Positions 29,703-38,824 of a DNA stretch of 64,000 nt are shown one piece after another. How positions within the stretch are numbered: position 1 is the first letter of the stretch; every line of letters begins with the position of its first letter. The notes below the pieces were generated by a model that searched no databases, was not told the origin of the DNA, and saw nothing but the letters and a program-made list of their open reading frames with translations. Location of the stretch: positions 14,040-78,039 of the forward strand of contig DAOUEL010000019.1 in assembly GCA_034430595.1 (NCBI GenBank), read 5' to 3'. The DNA is from Anaerolineales bacterium (GTDB lineage Bacteria; Chloroflexota; Anaerolineae; Anaerolineales; E44-bin32). Made by a program: the position numbers and the translations under genes.

Positions 29703-31301
29703 GTGACCCATATGGAAAAAAGGCTACTCCCATCAAGCCTGCAACCCATGTTGCAGCACAGCATGCGTTGTTCTGCAGTGATTGCAGCCGCGGCCATCTT
29801 TCTTACAGGGTGCCAGGCGGCACAGAGTTCAGCGACGCCGGATGCGCTGGTCAAGCCTTGGATTGGGTACATCCAGCCTGATGATCAAACGACTTTACCC
29901 ACCAGCACGCCGATCGCGCTGCACGAGCAGCCAATAGCGACCATGCCGCTTCAGCCTGTAGCCGGTACACCAACGCCCGATGCTCTGCGCCCGCCACCGC
30001 CCTTGCGGACCGAAGAGGAGACCTATTACGTGCAGCCCGGCGATTCTCTAAACTCCATCGCAGGGAACTTCGGTGTATCCGCAATATACATCGCCCGTGC
30101 GAATTCAATCCTGAATCCCGACCTGCTGGGAATCGGGCAGCGGCTGATCATCCCTGCACCCAAGCCGCAGGCCCCCGGCCCGAGCTTAAAGCTGATCCCG
30201 GATTCTGAATTGGTCTACGGACCAGCGAGCGTATACTTTGACCTTTTTACCGAGATCAACGGCCGTGGCGGCTACCTGTCGCAGTACGTGGGCGAGGTTG
30301 ATGGGGAACAACGCAGCGGAGCGGCGATCGTGCAGCTGGTCGCTGAGCGTTATTCGGTCAATCCACAACTGCTGCTCGCGCTGCTTGAATACCGGTCGGG
30401 ATGGCTGACCCAGGTATCGCCATCAGCCAGCACCTTGGTTTATCCGATGGGGTATGCGGTCTACAACTGGGAGGGCCTCTTCAGCCAGCTTTCATGGGCG
30501 GCCGATCAATTGAACCTGGGTTTCTACCGCTGGCGGGCGGGCTGGTCCGGTCCGTATCTGTTGGCCGATGGGTCGGTCGTGCCGCCCGGCCCGGGAATAA
30601 ACGCAGGAACGGCTGCCATTCAAACGCTTTTCGCCCAGACCTCGGATATCGCCACCTGGCGGACGCAGTTGGGCGAGACCGGATTCGCGGCCGTCCTGGG
30701 GGCGCTCTATGGCGACCCCTTTACCCGCCGGGTCGAGCCACTTCTACCAGCGGATCTCGAACAACCCAACCTGCTGTTACCATTTGAACCCGGAAGCACC
30801 TGGTCCTTTACGGGAGGTCCGCACAGCGCTTGGGGAGATTGGGCTGGCTGGGCCGCGCTGGATTTCGCTCCGCCCGGCTTTGCCTACGGCTGCGTGCAGT
30901 CTGACGAATGGGCGGTCGCTGCCGCCGACGGCCTCATCGTCCGTGCCGAAAATGGGGAAGTACTGCTTGACCTCGATGGCGATGGATACGAACAAACTGG
31001 ATGGGTGCTGCTCTATATGCACGTCGAAAGCAGGGATCGGGTTGCGCCCGGAATTATCGTCAAGGCTGGTGAGCATATAGGCCATCCGTCATGCGAGGGA
31101 GGCGTGACAACCGGAACACACCTGCACCTGGCGCGAAAGTATAATGGCGAATGGATTCCGGCTGACGGGGAGATACCGTTCGTGCTTGATGGATGGGTAT
31201 CGATTGGAACCGGTTTGCCTTACGATGGCTACTTGCAACGCGGCGGTGTTACTCTGGAAGCGTGTGCTTGCCGAGATGATTCAAACCAGATCACGCGCTA
31301 G
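29703..31301 (+). CDS. Lipoprotein: LysM + unknown central domain + variant M23 metallopeptidase (paralogue 1)
   Basis: Lipobox FLTGC, LysM YYVQPGDSLNSIAGNFGV, and C-terminal ALDFAP..LLYMHV..GTHLHLARKYNGEW. The exact start is uncertain (GTG 29703 or ATG 29712 or later). Confidence 0.8.
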   Translation: MTHMEKRLLPSSLQPMLQHSMRCSAVIAAAAIFLTGCQAAQSSATPDALVKPWIGYIQPDDQTTLPTSTPIALHEQPIATMPLQPVAGTPTPDALRPPPPLRTEEETYYVQPGDSLNSIAGNFGVSAIYIARANSILNPDLLGIGQRLIIPAPKPQAPGPSLKLIPDSELVYGPASVYFDLFTEINGRGGYLSQYVGEVDGEQRSGAAIVQLVAERYSVNPQLLLALLEYRSGWLTQVSPSASTLVYPMGYAVYNWEGLFSQLSWAADQLNLGFYRWRAGWSGPYLLADGSVVPPGPGINAGTAAIQTLFAQTSDIATWRTQLGETGFAAVLGALYGDPFTRRVEPLLPADLEQPNLLLPFEPGSTWSFTGGPHSAWGDWAGWAALDFAPPGFAYGCVQSDEWAVAAADGLIVRAENGEVLLDLDGDGYEQTGWVLLYMHVESRDRVAPGIIVKAGEHIGHPSCEGGVTTGTHLHLARKYNGEWIPADGEIPFVLDGWVSIGTGLPYDGYLQRGGVTLEACACRDDSNQITR

Positions 31302-32904
31302 ACGGCTCACTTCCGCAGGGTCCGGCCGGGTCAGGGCAGCTGTGCTGCTGCCGATGTTCGCGCTCTTCCTGGCGGGGTTAGCCTGCACGCGGGCTGATGT
31401 TCCACCGCCGGGCGCGATCGGTTCCGGCTCACTGCCAGACCCGACGGATAAAGCCACGGAGCGGCCGGAGCTCACGCAGGAGGTAGATCCACCGCTCTCC
31501 ACGCTGCCTCCGACACAGATCCCGCCCAGCCCAACGCCCACCCCGGATCGCCCGGAGCCGGTCGCGTCACCGACATTTCCGGCCACTCCCACCACTTCAG
31601 CCTCAGAGGTTTCGGAGATCATCGTTTACGAATCCCAACCGGGCGACAACCGCCGGGCGCTTGCCGTTCGCTTCGGCGTGCTCCCGCAGGAAATCACCTC
31701 TCCCGATGTGCTGCCCGATGAAAAAGCTATGATCGATCCCGGGCAGGTCCTTCTCATCCCAAGCCGTTTATCTGAGACGGGACCGGATGTGAAGCTGATT
31801 CCGGACAGCGAGCTGGTTTTTTCGCCGAATGCAGCCGAATTCGATGTCATCGCATTTGCGGCTTCGAAAGGCGGTTATCTCAACCGCTATCGGGAGATCG
31901 TGAACGGGTATTGGCGTACAGGACCTGAGATCGTAGCGCGTGTCGCACTGAACAACTCGATCAACCCGCGCATCCTGCTGGCGGTGCTCGAATTTCAGAG
32001 CGGCTGGCTGACACGGTCGACTGTTCCTGAGGGTGACGCCTTTATGTACCCGCTTGATTTCATCGACAATCAGCACATGGGCCTTTCCCGCCAGCTCACC
32101 TGGTTGGCAAACGAACTCGGCAATGGTTACTACGGATGGCGTGATGGCTCCCTGACCGATGTCCACTTCCAGAACTTTACGACACAGCGGCTCGCCCCTG
32201 ATCTGAACGCCGGGACGGTCGCCCTGCAGTATTATTTCGCGATCAACCGAAATCAGCTTACATGGGAACGGGTGCTCAATGTCGAAGGTTTTATCGCCAC
32301 CTACCAGGCGCTGTTTGGTGATCCCTGGGCTTACGATTACCCGCTCTTCGAACCGGGTGTCGAGCAGCCTCCGCTGATTCTGCCGTTTATCGCCGGCCAT
32401 GTTTGGTCGTTCACCGGCGGGCCGCATGGTGCGTGGGAGCGCGACAGCGCTTGGGCGGCGCTTGATTTCGCCCCGGCCTCGAGCGTCACCGGTTGCATGG
32501 TTTCTGAGGACTGGGTGGTTGCATCAGCGCCGGGATTGGTCGTACGCAGTGAAAACGGTACGGTCGTGATCGATCTTGATGGTGACGGCCGCGAGCAAAC
32601 TGGCTGGTCGCTGCTCTACCTGCATGTCTACAAGGACGACCGGGTTGAGGTGGGCACTTTTGTCGTCGCTGGAGATCGGCTTGGCCACCCTTCCTGTGAG
32701 GGGGGCATCGCAACCGGGACGCACATTCATCTTGCCAGGAAGTACAATGGGGAATGGATCCTGGCGGATGGATCGCTGCCGTTCAACCTGAGCGGCTGGG
32801 TCGCGCGCGCCGGTTCGAAACCCTACCAGGGAGCCCTGGTGAAAGACGGAGAAGAAGTGCTGGCCTGTACGTGTGCCTCGGCAGAGACACTGATTCAAAG
32901 ATGA
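31276..32904 (+). CDS. Lipoprotein: LysM-like + unknown central domain + variant M23 metallopeptidase (paralogue 2)
   Basis: Signal RSRARRL..FLAGLAC with the same central and C-terminal blocks (ALDFAP, GTHIHLARKYNGEW). It overlaps paralogue 1 by 26 nt. Confidence 0.8.
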   Translation: MIQTRSRARRLTSAGSGRVRAAVLLPMFALFLAGLACTRADVPPPGAIGSGSLPDPTDKATERPELTQEVDPPLSTLPPTQIPPSPTPTPDRPEPVASPTFPATPTTSASEVSEIIVYESQPGDNRRALAVRFGVLPQEITSPDVLPDEKAMIDPGQVLLIPSRLSETGPDVKLIPDSELVFSPNAAEFDVIAFAASKGGYLNRYREIVNGYWRTGPEIVARVALNNSINPRILLAVLEFQSGWLTRSTVPEGDAFMYPLDFIDNQHMGLSRQLTWLANELGNGYYGWRDGSLTDVHFQNFTTQRLAPDLNAGTVALQYYFAINRNQLTWERVLNVEGFIATYQALFGDPWAYDYPLFEPGVEQPPLILPFIAGHVWSFTGGPHGAWERDSAWAALDFAPASSVTGCMVSEDWVVASAPGLVVRSENGTVVIDLDGDGREQTGWSLLYLHVYKDDRVEVGTFVVAGDRLGHPSCEGGIATGTHIHLARKYNGEWILADGSLPFNLSGWVARAGSKPYQGALVKDGEEVLACTCASAETLIQR

Positions 32905-34370
32905 CCCGAACATTTCGCGGCCTTGCTTTCACGCTGATCTTGCTCAGCATGGTGCCGAGCGCCTGCAGCACACCGCAAGAAACAGTCCCTGATAGCACGG
33001 AACAAGCAGTCCAAACTCTCATCGGCGGTCCGACCCCGTTGCCCACGCGCGGGCTCTTCCCTCCGGGCGAGATTTTCGTCTATCCGGCTCAGAGTGGGGA
33101 TACGCTTGAGGGTGTAGCTGCTCATTTCAATACCAGCGTTGGCGAAATTCGAGCCGCTAATCCGGATCTGCCCTCGGCCGTCACAACTCTGCCGCCGGGT
33201 TATCCGCTCCAGGTGCCGGCCTACTACTCCCCGCTGAGTGGATCTCCCTTTCACATTTTGCCTGACAGCGAAGTCGTCTATGGTCCCGGTGCGATCGATT
33301 TCGATCTGCAGCAGTTCGTCAAGGAGACTCCGGGTTACTTGTCTGGAATGGAATCTTTCGCCTACAAGAAGCAGCGCAAGGCATGGGAGGTGGTGCAGGT
33401 AATCGCTGAAAATTACAGCCTGAACCCGCGATTGCTGCTGACACTGCTCGAATACCGCACGGGAGCGCTCACGAATCCCGATCCGGATCCGCTAGATCTG
33501 ACCTATCCCATGGGCGTTCAGGACATCCGCTACCGTGGGTTATTCTGGCAGTTGGTCTGGGCAGCCGAGCGCTTGAATGAAGGCTACTATGAATGGCGCA
33601 GCGGGGATTTGGATGAGATCCAGCTGATGGGAGGTTTGGTTGAGAGACCTGATTCGTGGCTGAACGCGGGAACCGCTGCACTGCACCGGCTCTTCGCAGA
33701 GATGTTCACAGGCGAGGCCTATGATCTAGCCGTGAGCCCCCAGGGTTTTTACCAGACCTACCTCGAATTATGGGGCGATCCCTTCCAGCGAGAAGTAACC
33801 ATGATCCCCAGCAGCTTGCAGCAGCCTGAGCTGGGGTTGCCATTCCTGCCGAACCGTATCTGGGATTTCTCGGGTGGGCCCCATTTCTCCTGGGGTTCGA
33901 GTCCGGCGATTGGGGCATTGGATTTCGCGCCGCCATCATCAGAGAGCGGCTGCGTCGAATCAAACGAATGGTTCGCCGCACCGGCCGACGGCGTCATCGC
34001 CCGCAGCGGGGAGGCAATCGTCGTTCTGGACCTAGATGGGGATGGCGATGAGCGCACCGGCTGGGTGGTGTTCTTCTTCCATGTTGCCAGCGAGGGACGA
34101 ATCGCGGCCGGGACGCGGGTCGTACGCGGCGATCCACTTGGTCACCCTTCCTGCGAAGGCGGACGTGCGACGGGTACGCATATTCATATCGCCCGCAAAT
34201 ACAATGGGGAATGGCTGCCCGCGACCGGACCGTTGGGCTTTGTGCTTGACGGCTGGGTGGCAGCGTACAACGGCGAACTTTACCAGGGCACGCTTACCAA
34301 GGGATCAAAGGTCGTCCCGGCTTGCACCTGCTCACGGCCCGAAAACCAAATTATCTATACGCTGCCCTGA
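32901..34370 (+). CDS. Lipoprotein: LysM + unknown central domain + variant M23 metallopeptidase (paralogue 3)
   Basis: Signal ..LSMVPSAC, LysM-like VYPAQSGDTLEGVAAHFN, plus ALDFAP and GTHIHIARKYNGEW. ATGA overlap with paralogue 2. Confidence 0.8.
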   Translation: MTRTFRGLAFTLILLSMVPSACSTPQETVPDSTEQAVQTLIGGPTPLPTRGLFPPGEIFVYPAQSGDTLEGVAAHFNTSVGEIRAANPDLPSAVTTLPPGYPLQVPAYYSPLSGSPFHILPDSEVVYGPGAIDFDLQQFVKETPGYLSGMESFAYKKQRKAWEVVQVIAENYSLNPRLLLTLLEYRTGALTNPDPDPLDLTYPMGVQDIRYRGLFWQLVWAAERLNEGYYEWRSGDLDEIQLMGGLVERPDSWLNAGTAALHRLFAEMFTGEAYDLAVSPQGFYQTYLELWGDPFQREVTMIPSSLQQPELGLPFLPNRIWDFSGGPHFSWGSSPAIGALDFAPPSSESGCVESNEWFAAPADGVIARSGEAIVVLDLDGDGDERTGWVVFFFHVASEGRIAAGTRVVRGDPLGHPSCEGGRATGTHIHIARKYNGEWLPATGPLGFVLDGWVAAYNGELYQGTLTKGSKVVPACTCSRPENQIIYTLP

Positions 34371-34382
34371 CCCGCGTTCATA

Positions 34383-37133
34383 TCAAGATTTCTTCTTTCG
34401 CGTTCCAGCTTTACCACGCAACCCTTTGCCGGATGATGGTGTTTTTCTACTGCTGGAGGGTTTCTTCACCCCCTGGTCGGATTTCCTTGCAGTTCCTTTT
34501 TTCTTTGCAGGACCCTGCTTTCTGACGGTCCTCCTTTTTACAGCAGTTCCCTTCTTCTTTGTCGTGCGGTCTGATTTCTTCTTCGCAGGTTGTGAACTTC
34601 TAGCTTTGGAGCTTGTCTTCTTCGCCGGTTTTGTCGTTTCCTCCTTCTCGCGAGTCTTCTCCTTCCCAGCAGTGCCTGCCACAGAGGAGTCAACATCCGG
34701 GCGTGGCAGGGCCGGGTCGACCCCGGTGATACGGTTGCCTGTCCCAAGTTCGAAAAGCAGCTTGCCGGCTGAAGCCCGGACCCGCTTCGGGGCATCCCCG
34801 AAGCGCAGCGAGCGCGGCGCGCTGCGAGCAAAGCGGATTACCGCCCGGTCTTTAGCCTCACCGATGGCAGCTCCAGCGAGCTTCACGTCCTTCGTGCTTT
34901 TCCAGGTGATGACACCTTTTCCGTAGCGCCCCTGGCGGGGGTAATCCTTCAATGGACTGAGCTTGCCCTGGCCATCCTCAGTGAGCACGAGAAGTTCCTG
35001 CTTGTCGACGGCGACCCCCATCCCGACGAGCCGGTCGTCCACTTCCTCCAGCTTCATCCCCATCACCCCGGCCGCGGCTAGCCCCATCGGCCGGACCTCC
35101 TCTTCGCTGAAGCGGATCGCCATCCCGACCCGGCTGATCAGGATCACCTCATCCTGACCGTGGGTAAGCTGCACCCAACCCAACCCATCGTCCTCTGCGA
35201 CTTTAATCGCCTCAAACGGGTGTGCCGAGGGACCGGGTAGTGCAGCCAGATCGGTCCTCTTCACCATGCCGTTCGTCGTCGCGAAGAAGAGCGTAGCTAT
35301 TCCTTCGTCGCCGCCAACCAGCGCGGGTGAAACGGCCACGCCGGCAACCAGTTCGCTGTTCGTCCCCAAAGGCGTGACTCCATAAAACTGCTTTCCGCCC
35401 CGGGCATCGTCGCTCTCGGGAACGGTATGCACCGGTACGACCGCGGCGGAGCCATCCTTTTCAAATAAGTAAAGCAGATCACGCGTGTTCGCTCCAACTA
35501 TCAGACGCGGCGCGCTCCGCCCGGACATGGCCGGCAGGCGTGCTGAAGGCGTGCGGAAGATCATGCCCTCGGCGCTCACCACAACCCAGGTTTCCTTATC
35601 CGGCGCCAGGTCGGAGGCGGTGAGAACCGGCCCCTTTTTCGAACCAGAGGTCTGGGCGATTAACGTCCGCCGTCGATCCCCATACCGCTCCTTCAAATCC
35701 TCCAATTCCGTAGAGATCAATCCCCGCAGTTTCTTGCCCGACCGCAGCAGGCTCTGAAGCTCTTTGATCCGGACCTGAAGTTGTTTGTACTCGTTGTCGA
35801 TCTTCTTGCGCTCGAGGCTTGCCAGGCGTCGCAGCGGCATATCAAGAATCGCTTGCGCTTGAATCTCGCTCAGGTTGAAGCGTGTTATCAACCGTTGATG
35901 TGCCTGTTCCGCATCCCGGGCCTTGCGGATCAGGTTAACCACTTCATCAAGGTTATCGAGCGCGGTCCGCAAGCCGGCCAGGATGTGCTCGCGTTCCTGG
36001 GCGCGCTTCAGATCGAATTCCGTTCGCCTGTGGACCACCTGCACGCGGTGCTCGAGGAAGACCCGCAAAGCCTGCTTCAAGCTGAGCAGACGCGGCTCGC
36101 CATCAACAAGTGCCAGCATGATCACGCTGAAGGTGGTTTGCATCGGCGTACGCCGGTAGAGTTCTGCCAGGATCTTTTGCGGGTCGGCGGACTTGGAAAG
36201 TTCAAGCACGATGCGCATCCCATCGCGATCCGACTCATCGCGCAGATCGGAAAGGCCGTCGAATTTACCGCCCCGAGCAAGATCGGCGATGCGTTCGATC
36301 AGACTTGCCTTATTCGTCTGGTAGGGAAGTTCGGTGACGATAATTCGTGAGCGTCCCCGGCCCATCTCCTCGATATGGGCACGTGCTTGAAGTGTGAGCT
36401 TGCCACGGCCACTGCCGTATGCCGAGGCCAGGTTATCTCCCTCACCGGGTTTTCGCAGGATAATGCCACCCGTCGGGAAATCCGGCCCGTGGATAAAATT
36501 CATCAGGTCATCGATGGTGATATCGTCCAGCCGATCCCACTTTTCAAGCATATGGATCAGCGCATCGCATACCTCGACCATGTTATGCGGAGGAATGGAA
36601 GTCGACATGCCAACCGCAATGCCGGTCGCCCCGTTGACGAGCATATTGGGCACGGCCGCAGGAAGCACGCCCGGTTCACGCAGCGAGCCATCGAAGTTGT
36701 CGACAAAGGGTACCGTTTCCTTCTCCAGGTCGGCCATGATTTCGAGCGAAAGCGGGGAGAGCCGCGCTTCCGTATAACGCATCGCGGCGGGTGGATCCCC
36801 GTCGATCGACCCGAAATTCCCCTGTCCTTCAACGATTGGGTAGCGCATTGAGAAAGGCTGAGCCATACGCACCATGGCATCGTAAACGGCCATGTCTCCG
36901 TGGGGATGGTATTTGCCGAGGACTTCACCAACGATGCGGGCGGACTTGCGGTAGGGCGAATCAGCTCGTAATCCCATCGCGTGCATTGCATACAGGATTC
37001 GCCGGTGAACCGGTTTGAGTCCATCCCGCGCATCGGGTAGAGCCCGGGCGATGATCACGCTCATCGCGTAGTCCAGATAGGACTGCTGCATCTCAGCATC
37101 GATGTCGATGCGTTTGACCAGACCGACTTCCAT
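34383..37133 (-). CDS. gyrA: DNA gyrase subunit A with Lys/Arg-rich C-terminal tail
   Basis: [32 protein letters not shown], catalytic-region AAMRYTE, beta-pinwheel CTD with a GyrA-box-like QGRYGKG, and a basic tail of about 94 aa. Confidence 0.95.
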   Translation of the reverse strand: MEVGLVKRIDIDAEMQQSYLDYAMSVIIARALPDARDGLKPVHRRILYAMHAMGLRADSPYRKSARIVGEVLGKYHPHGDMAVYDAMVRMAQPFSMRYPIVEGQGNFGSIDGDPPAAMRYTEARLSPLSLEIMADLEKETVPFVDNFDGSLREPGVLPAAVPNMLVNGATGIAVGMSTSIPPHNMVEVCDALIHMLEKWDRLDDITIDDLMNFIHGPDFPTGGIILRKPGEGDNLASAYGSGRGKLTLQARAHIEEMGRGRSRIIVTELPYQTNKASLIERIADLARGGKFDGLSDLRDESDRDGMRIVLELSKSADPQKILAELYRRTPMQTTFSVIMLALVDGEPRLLSLKQALRVFLEHRVQVVHRRTEFDLKRAQEREHILAGLRTALDNLDEVVNLIRKARDAEQAHQRLITRFNLSEIQAQAILDMPLRRLASLERKKIDNEYKQLQVRIKELQSLLRSGKKLRGLISTELEDLKERYGDRRRTLIAQTSGSKKGPVLTASDLAPDKETWVVVSAEGMIFRTPSARLPAMSGRSAPRLIVGANTRDLLYLFEKDGSAAVVPVHTVPESDDARGGKQFYGVTPLGTNSELVAGVAVSPALVGGDEGIATLFFATTNGMVKRTDLAALPGPSAHPFEAIKVAEDDGLGWVQLTHGQDEVILISRVGMAIRFSEEEVRPMGLAAAGVMGMKLEEVDDRLVGMGVAVDKQELLVLTEDGQGKLSPLKDYPRQGRYGKGVITWKSTKDVKLAGAAIGEAKDRAVIRFARSAPRSLRFGDAPKRVRASAGKLLFELGTGNRITGVDPALPRPDVDSSVAGTAGKEKTREKEETTKPAKKTSSKARSSQPAKKKSDRTTKKKGTAVKRRTVRKQGPAKKKGTARKSDQGVKKPSSSRKTPSSGKGLRGKAGTRKKKS

Positions 37134-37167
37134 AAATCACCTCGAAGGTTGTGCTGGGACCGTCGCA

Positions 37168-37196
37168 ATCATAAGTGGTTGGCGTGAGCGCGTCAA
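37168..37196 (-). promoter_or_regulatory. Sigma70-like promoter of gyrA
   Basis: The minus strand reads TTGACG, a 17-nt spacer, then TATGAT, about 30 nt upstream of the gyrA ATG. Confidence 0.5.
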
Positions 37197-37264
37197 ATGT
37201 TTCCTTGAGTTAGACGCGATCTGTGGCTACGGTCAGGGGAGCTGTGGGCGTTATCATCCACGCA

Positions 37265-37293
37265 TTGACGCACTTCCCCATTCGCGATAAAAT
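37265..37293 (+). promoter_or_regulatory. Sigma70-like promoter upstream of the DEAD-box helicase gene
   Basis: TTGACG, a 17-nt spacer, then TAAAAT, about 100 nt upstream of the ATG at 37397. Confidence 0.5.
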
Positions 37294-37321
37294 TAACATA
37301 AGTTACTGGATCGGATCCAAG

Positions 37322-37353
37322 ACCGCTCCCATAGTATCGGAGCGGTTTTCTTT
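37322..37353 (+). terminator. Terminator-like hairpin inside the helicase leader (attenuator or 3' end of a short RNA)
   Basis: ACCGCTCC-catagtatc-GGAGCGGT followed by TTTTCTTT. Confidence 0.4.
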
Positions 37354-37396
37354 AAATCGGTGCAGTGCGCCGTGCTATAACAACTGGAAGGAATAC

Positions 37397-38620
37397 ATGA
37401 AATTCGAAGACCTACAATTAAGTGAGCCACTGCTGCAGGCTGTGCGGGCGATGGAATTTGAAGAGCCCACGCCAGTCCAGGAAGTCGCCATCCCGGCCGC
37501 GCTGGGTGGGGCAGATGTCCTCGGAACGGCGCAGACCGGCACTGGTAAAACCGTGGCTTTTCTGCTGCCATCGCTCGAACGCCTGCAAGCGTCGGAGTCA
37601 AAGGGCGGGCCACGTGCCGTCGTACTGGCACCTACGCGCGAGCTGGCGATGCAAATCGCAGAAGAGGCGCGCAACCTGGCGCGTTATACCAAACTTCGCA
37701 CCGGGGTAGTGTACGGAGGAGCGCCGATCAAGCGCCAGATCGATCAGCTCAAGCGCGGGCTCGACCTGGTCGTGGCAACACCTGGACGCTTGATGGACCA
37801 TATGCGGCGTGGCAATATCAATTTCAAACAACTCGAAATTCTCGTCCTGGATGAAGCCGATCGAATGCTCGATATGGGTTTCCTGCCGGACATCGACGAG
37901 ATTGTCAGCCACATGCCGGCCAAGCGTCAAACCATGCTCTTCTCAGCCACGATGCCAGGCCCGATCGTCTCGCTTACCTATCGTTATCTGAAGAACCCGG
38001 TTCGGGTTGAAATTGCCACCGCTCGGCCCCCGGAAGCTATCGATCAGAGGCTGTATCCGGTTCCCAAGCACCTGAAGCTTCCGCTCCTGATCGAGCTGCT
38101 GAAATGTGAAGGGGTCGATAGTGCGTTGGTCTTCACTCGAACTAAGGTTGAAGCGGATGTCGTAACGCGCCGCTTGCGTGACTGCGGGTATAGCGTTGCC
38201 GAGATCCATGGTGATTTCCGGCAGAAACAGCGCAATCAGGCCCTGGAGCGATTCCGTTCCGGGCATTCACGTATCCTGGTCGCCACGAATGTGGCTGCCC
38301 GTGGGCTGGACATCGAGGGCATCTCTCACGTTATCAATTACGATGCCCCGGATGAGGCGGAGAATTACGTTCACCGCATCGGGCGAACCGCGCGCGTGGA
38401 CGCCGATGGTGCCGCCTGGACGTTGGTCACCCCGGAAGATGAGCCGCTGATCAATTCGATCGAGTACCTGCTGGACGAGAAGATCAAGCGGGCACACCTG
38501 GAAGGCTTTGATTACGACGTACCGACACCCGACTGGGCGAAACCATCAGCAAAGGTTATTCTGCAGAGGCTGGAGAAAAAGCAGAGCAGCATCGACCGCT
38601 GGAAGTCGCTCACACGCTGA
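37397..38620 (+). CDS. DEAD-box ATP-dependent RNA helicase
   Basis: Q-motif region, AQTGTGKT, PTRELA, DEAD (VLDEADRM), SAT and HRIGRTAR. GGAAGGA SD. The 37223 ORF start is discarded. Confidence 0.9.
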   Translation: MKFEDLQLSEPLLQAVRAMEFEEPTPVQEVAIPAALGGADVLGTAQTGTGKTVAFLLPSLERLQASESKGGPRAVVLAPTRELAMQIAEEARNLARYTKLRTGVVYGGAPIKRQIDQLKRGLDLVVATPGRLMDHMRRGNINFKQLEILVLDEADRMLDMGFLPDIDEIVSHMPAKRQTMLFSATMPGPIVSLTYRYLKNPVRVEIATARPPEAIDQRLYPVPKHLKLPLLIELLKCEGVDSALVFTRTKVEADVVTRRLRDCGYSVAEIHGDFRQKQRNQALERFRSGHSRILVATNVAARGLDIEGISHVINYDAPDEAENYVHRIGRTARVDADGAAWTLVTPEDEPLINSIEYLLDEKIKRAHLEGFDYDVPTPDWAKPSAKVILQRLEKKQSSIDRWKSLTR

Positions 38621-38691
38621 GCAGCCCAGGCACCGACATACGAATCGGTTTCGAGGTGTGAAACTGTCGGTCAAATATTCTGTGTTTGCCC

Positions 38692-38720
38692 TTGCTCGCC
38701 ATTCGCCCTTGTGCTAGAAT
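38692..38720 (+). promoter_or_regulatory. Sigma70-like promoter of the nusA operon
   Basis: TTGCTC, a 17-nt spacer, then TAGAAT, about 105 nt upstream of nusA. Confidence 0.5.
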
Positions 38721-38824
38721 CTTCTTGCAATCGTCCCGTGATATCGTTGGTCTGGAAAAGTGGGCATCCCCCACTTTTCTGCGTATAGGCACGGCCGTAT
38801 CTAACTACGAAGGAAAGAACTGAG

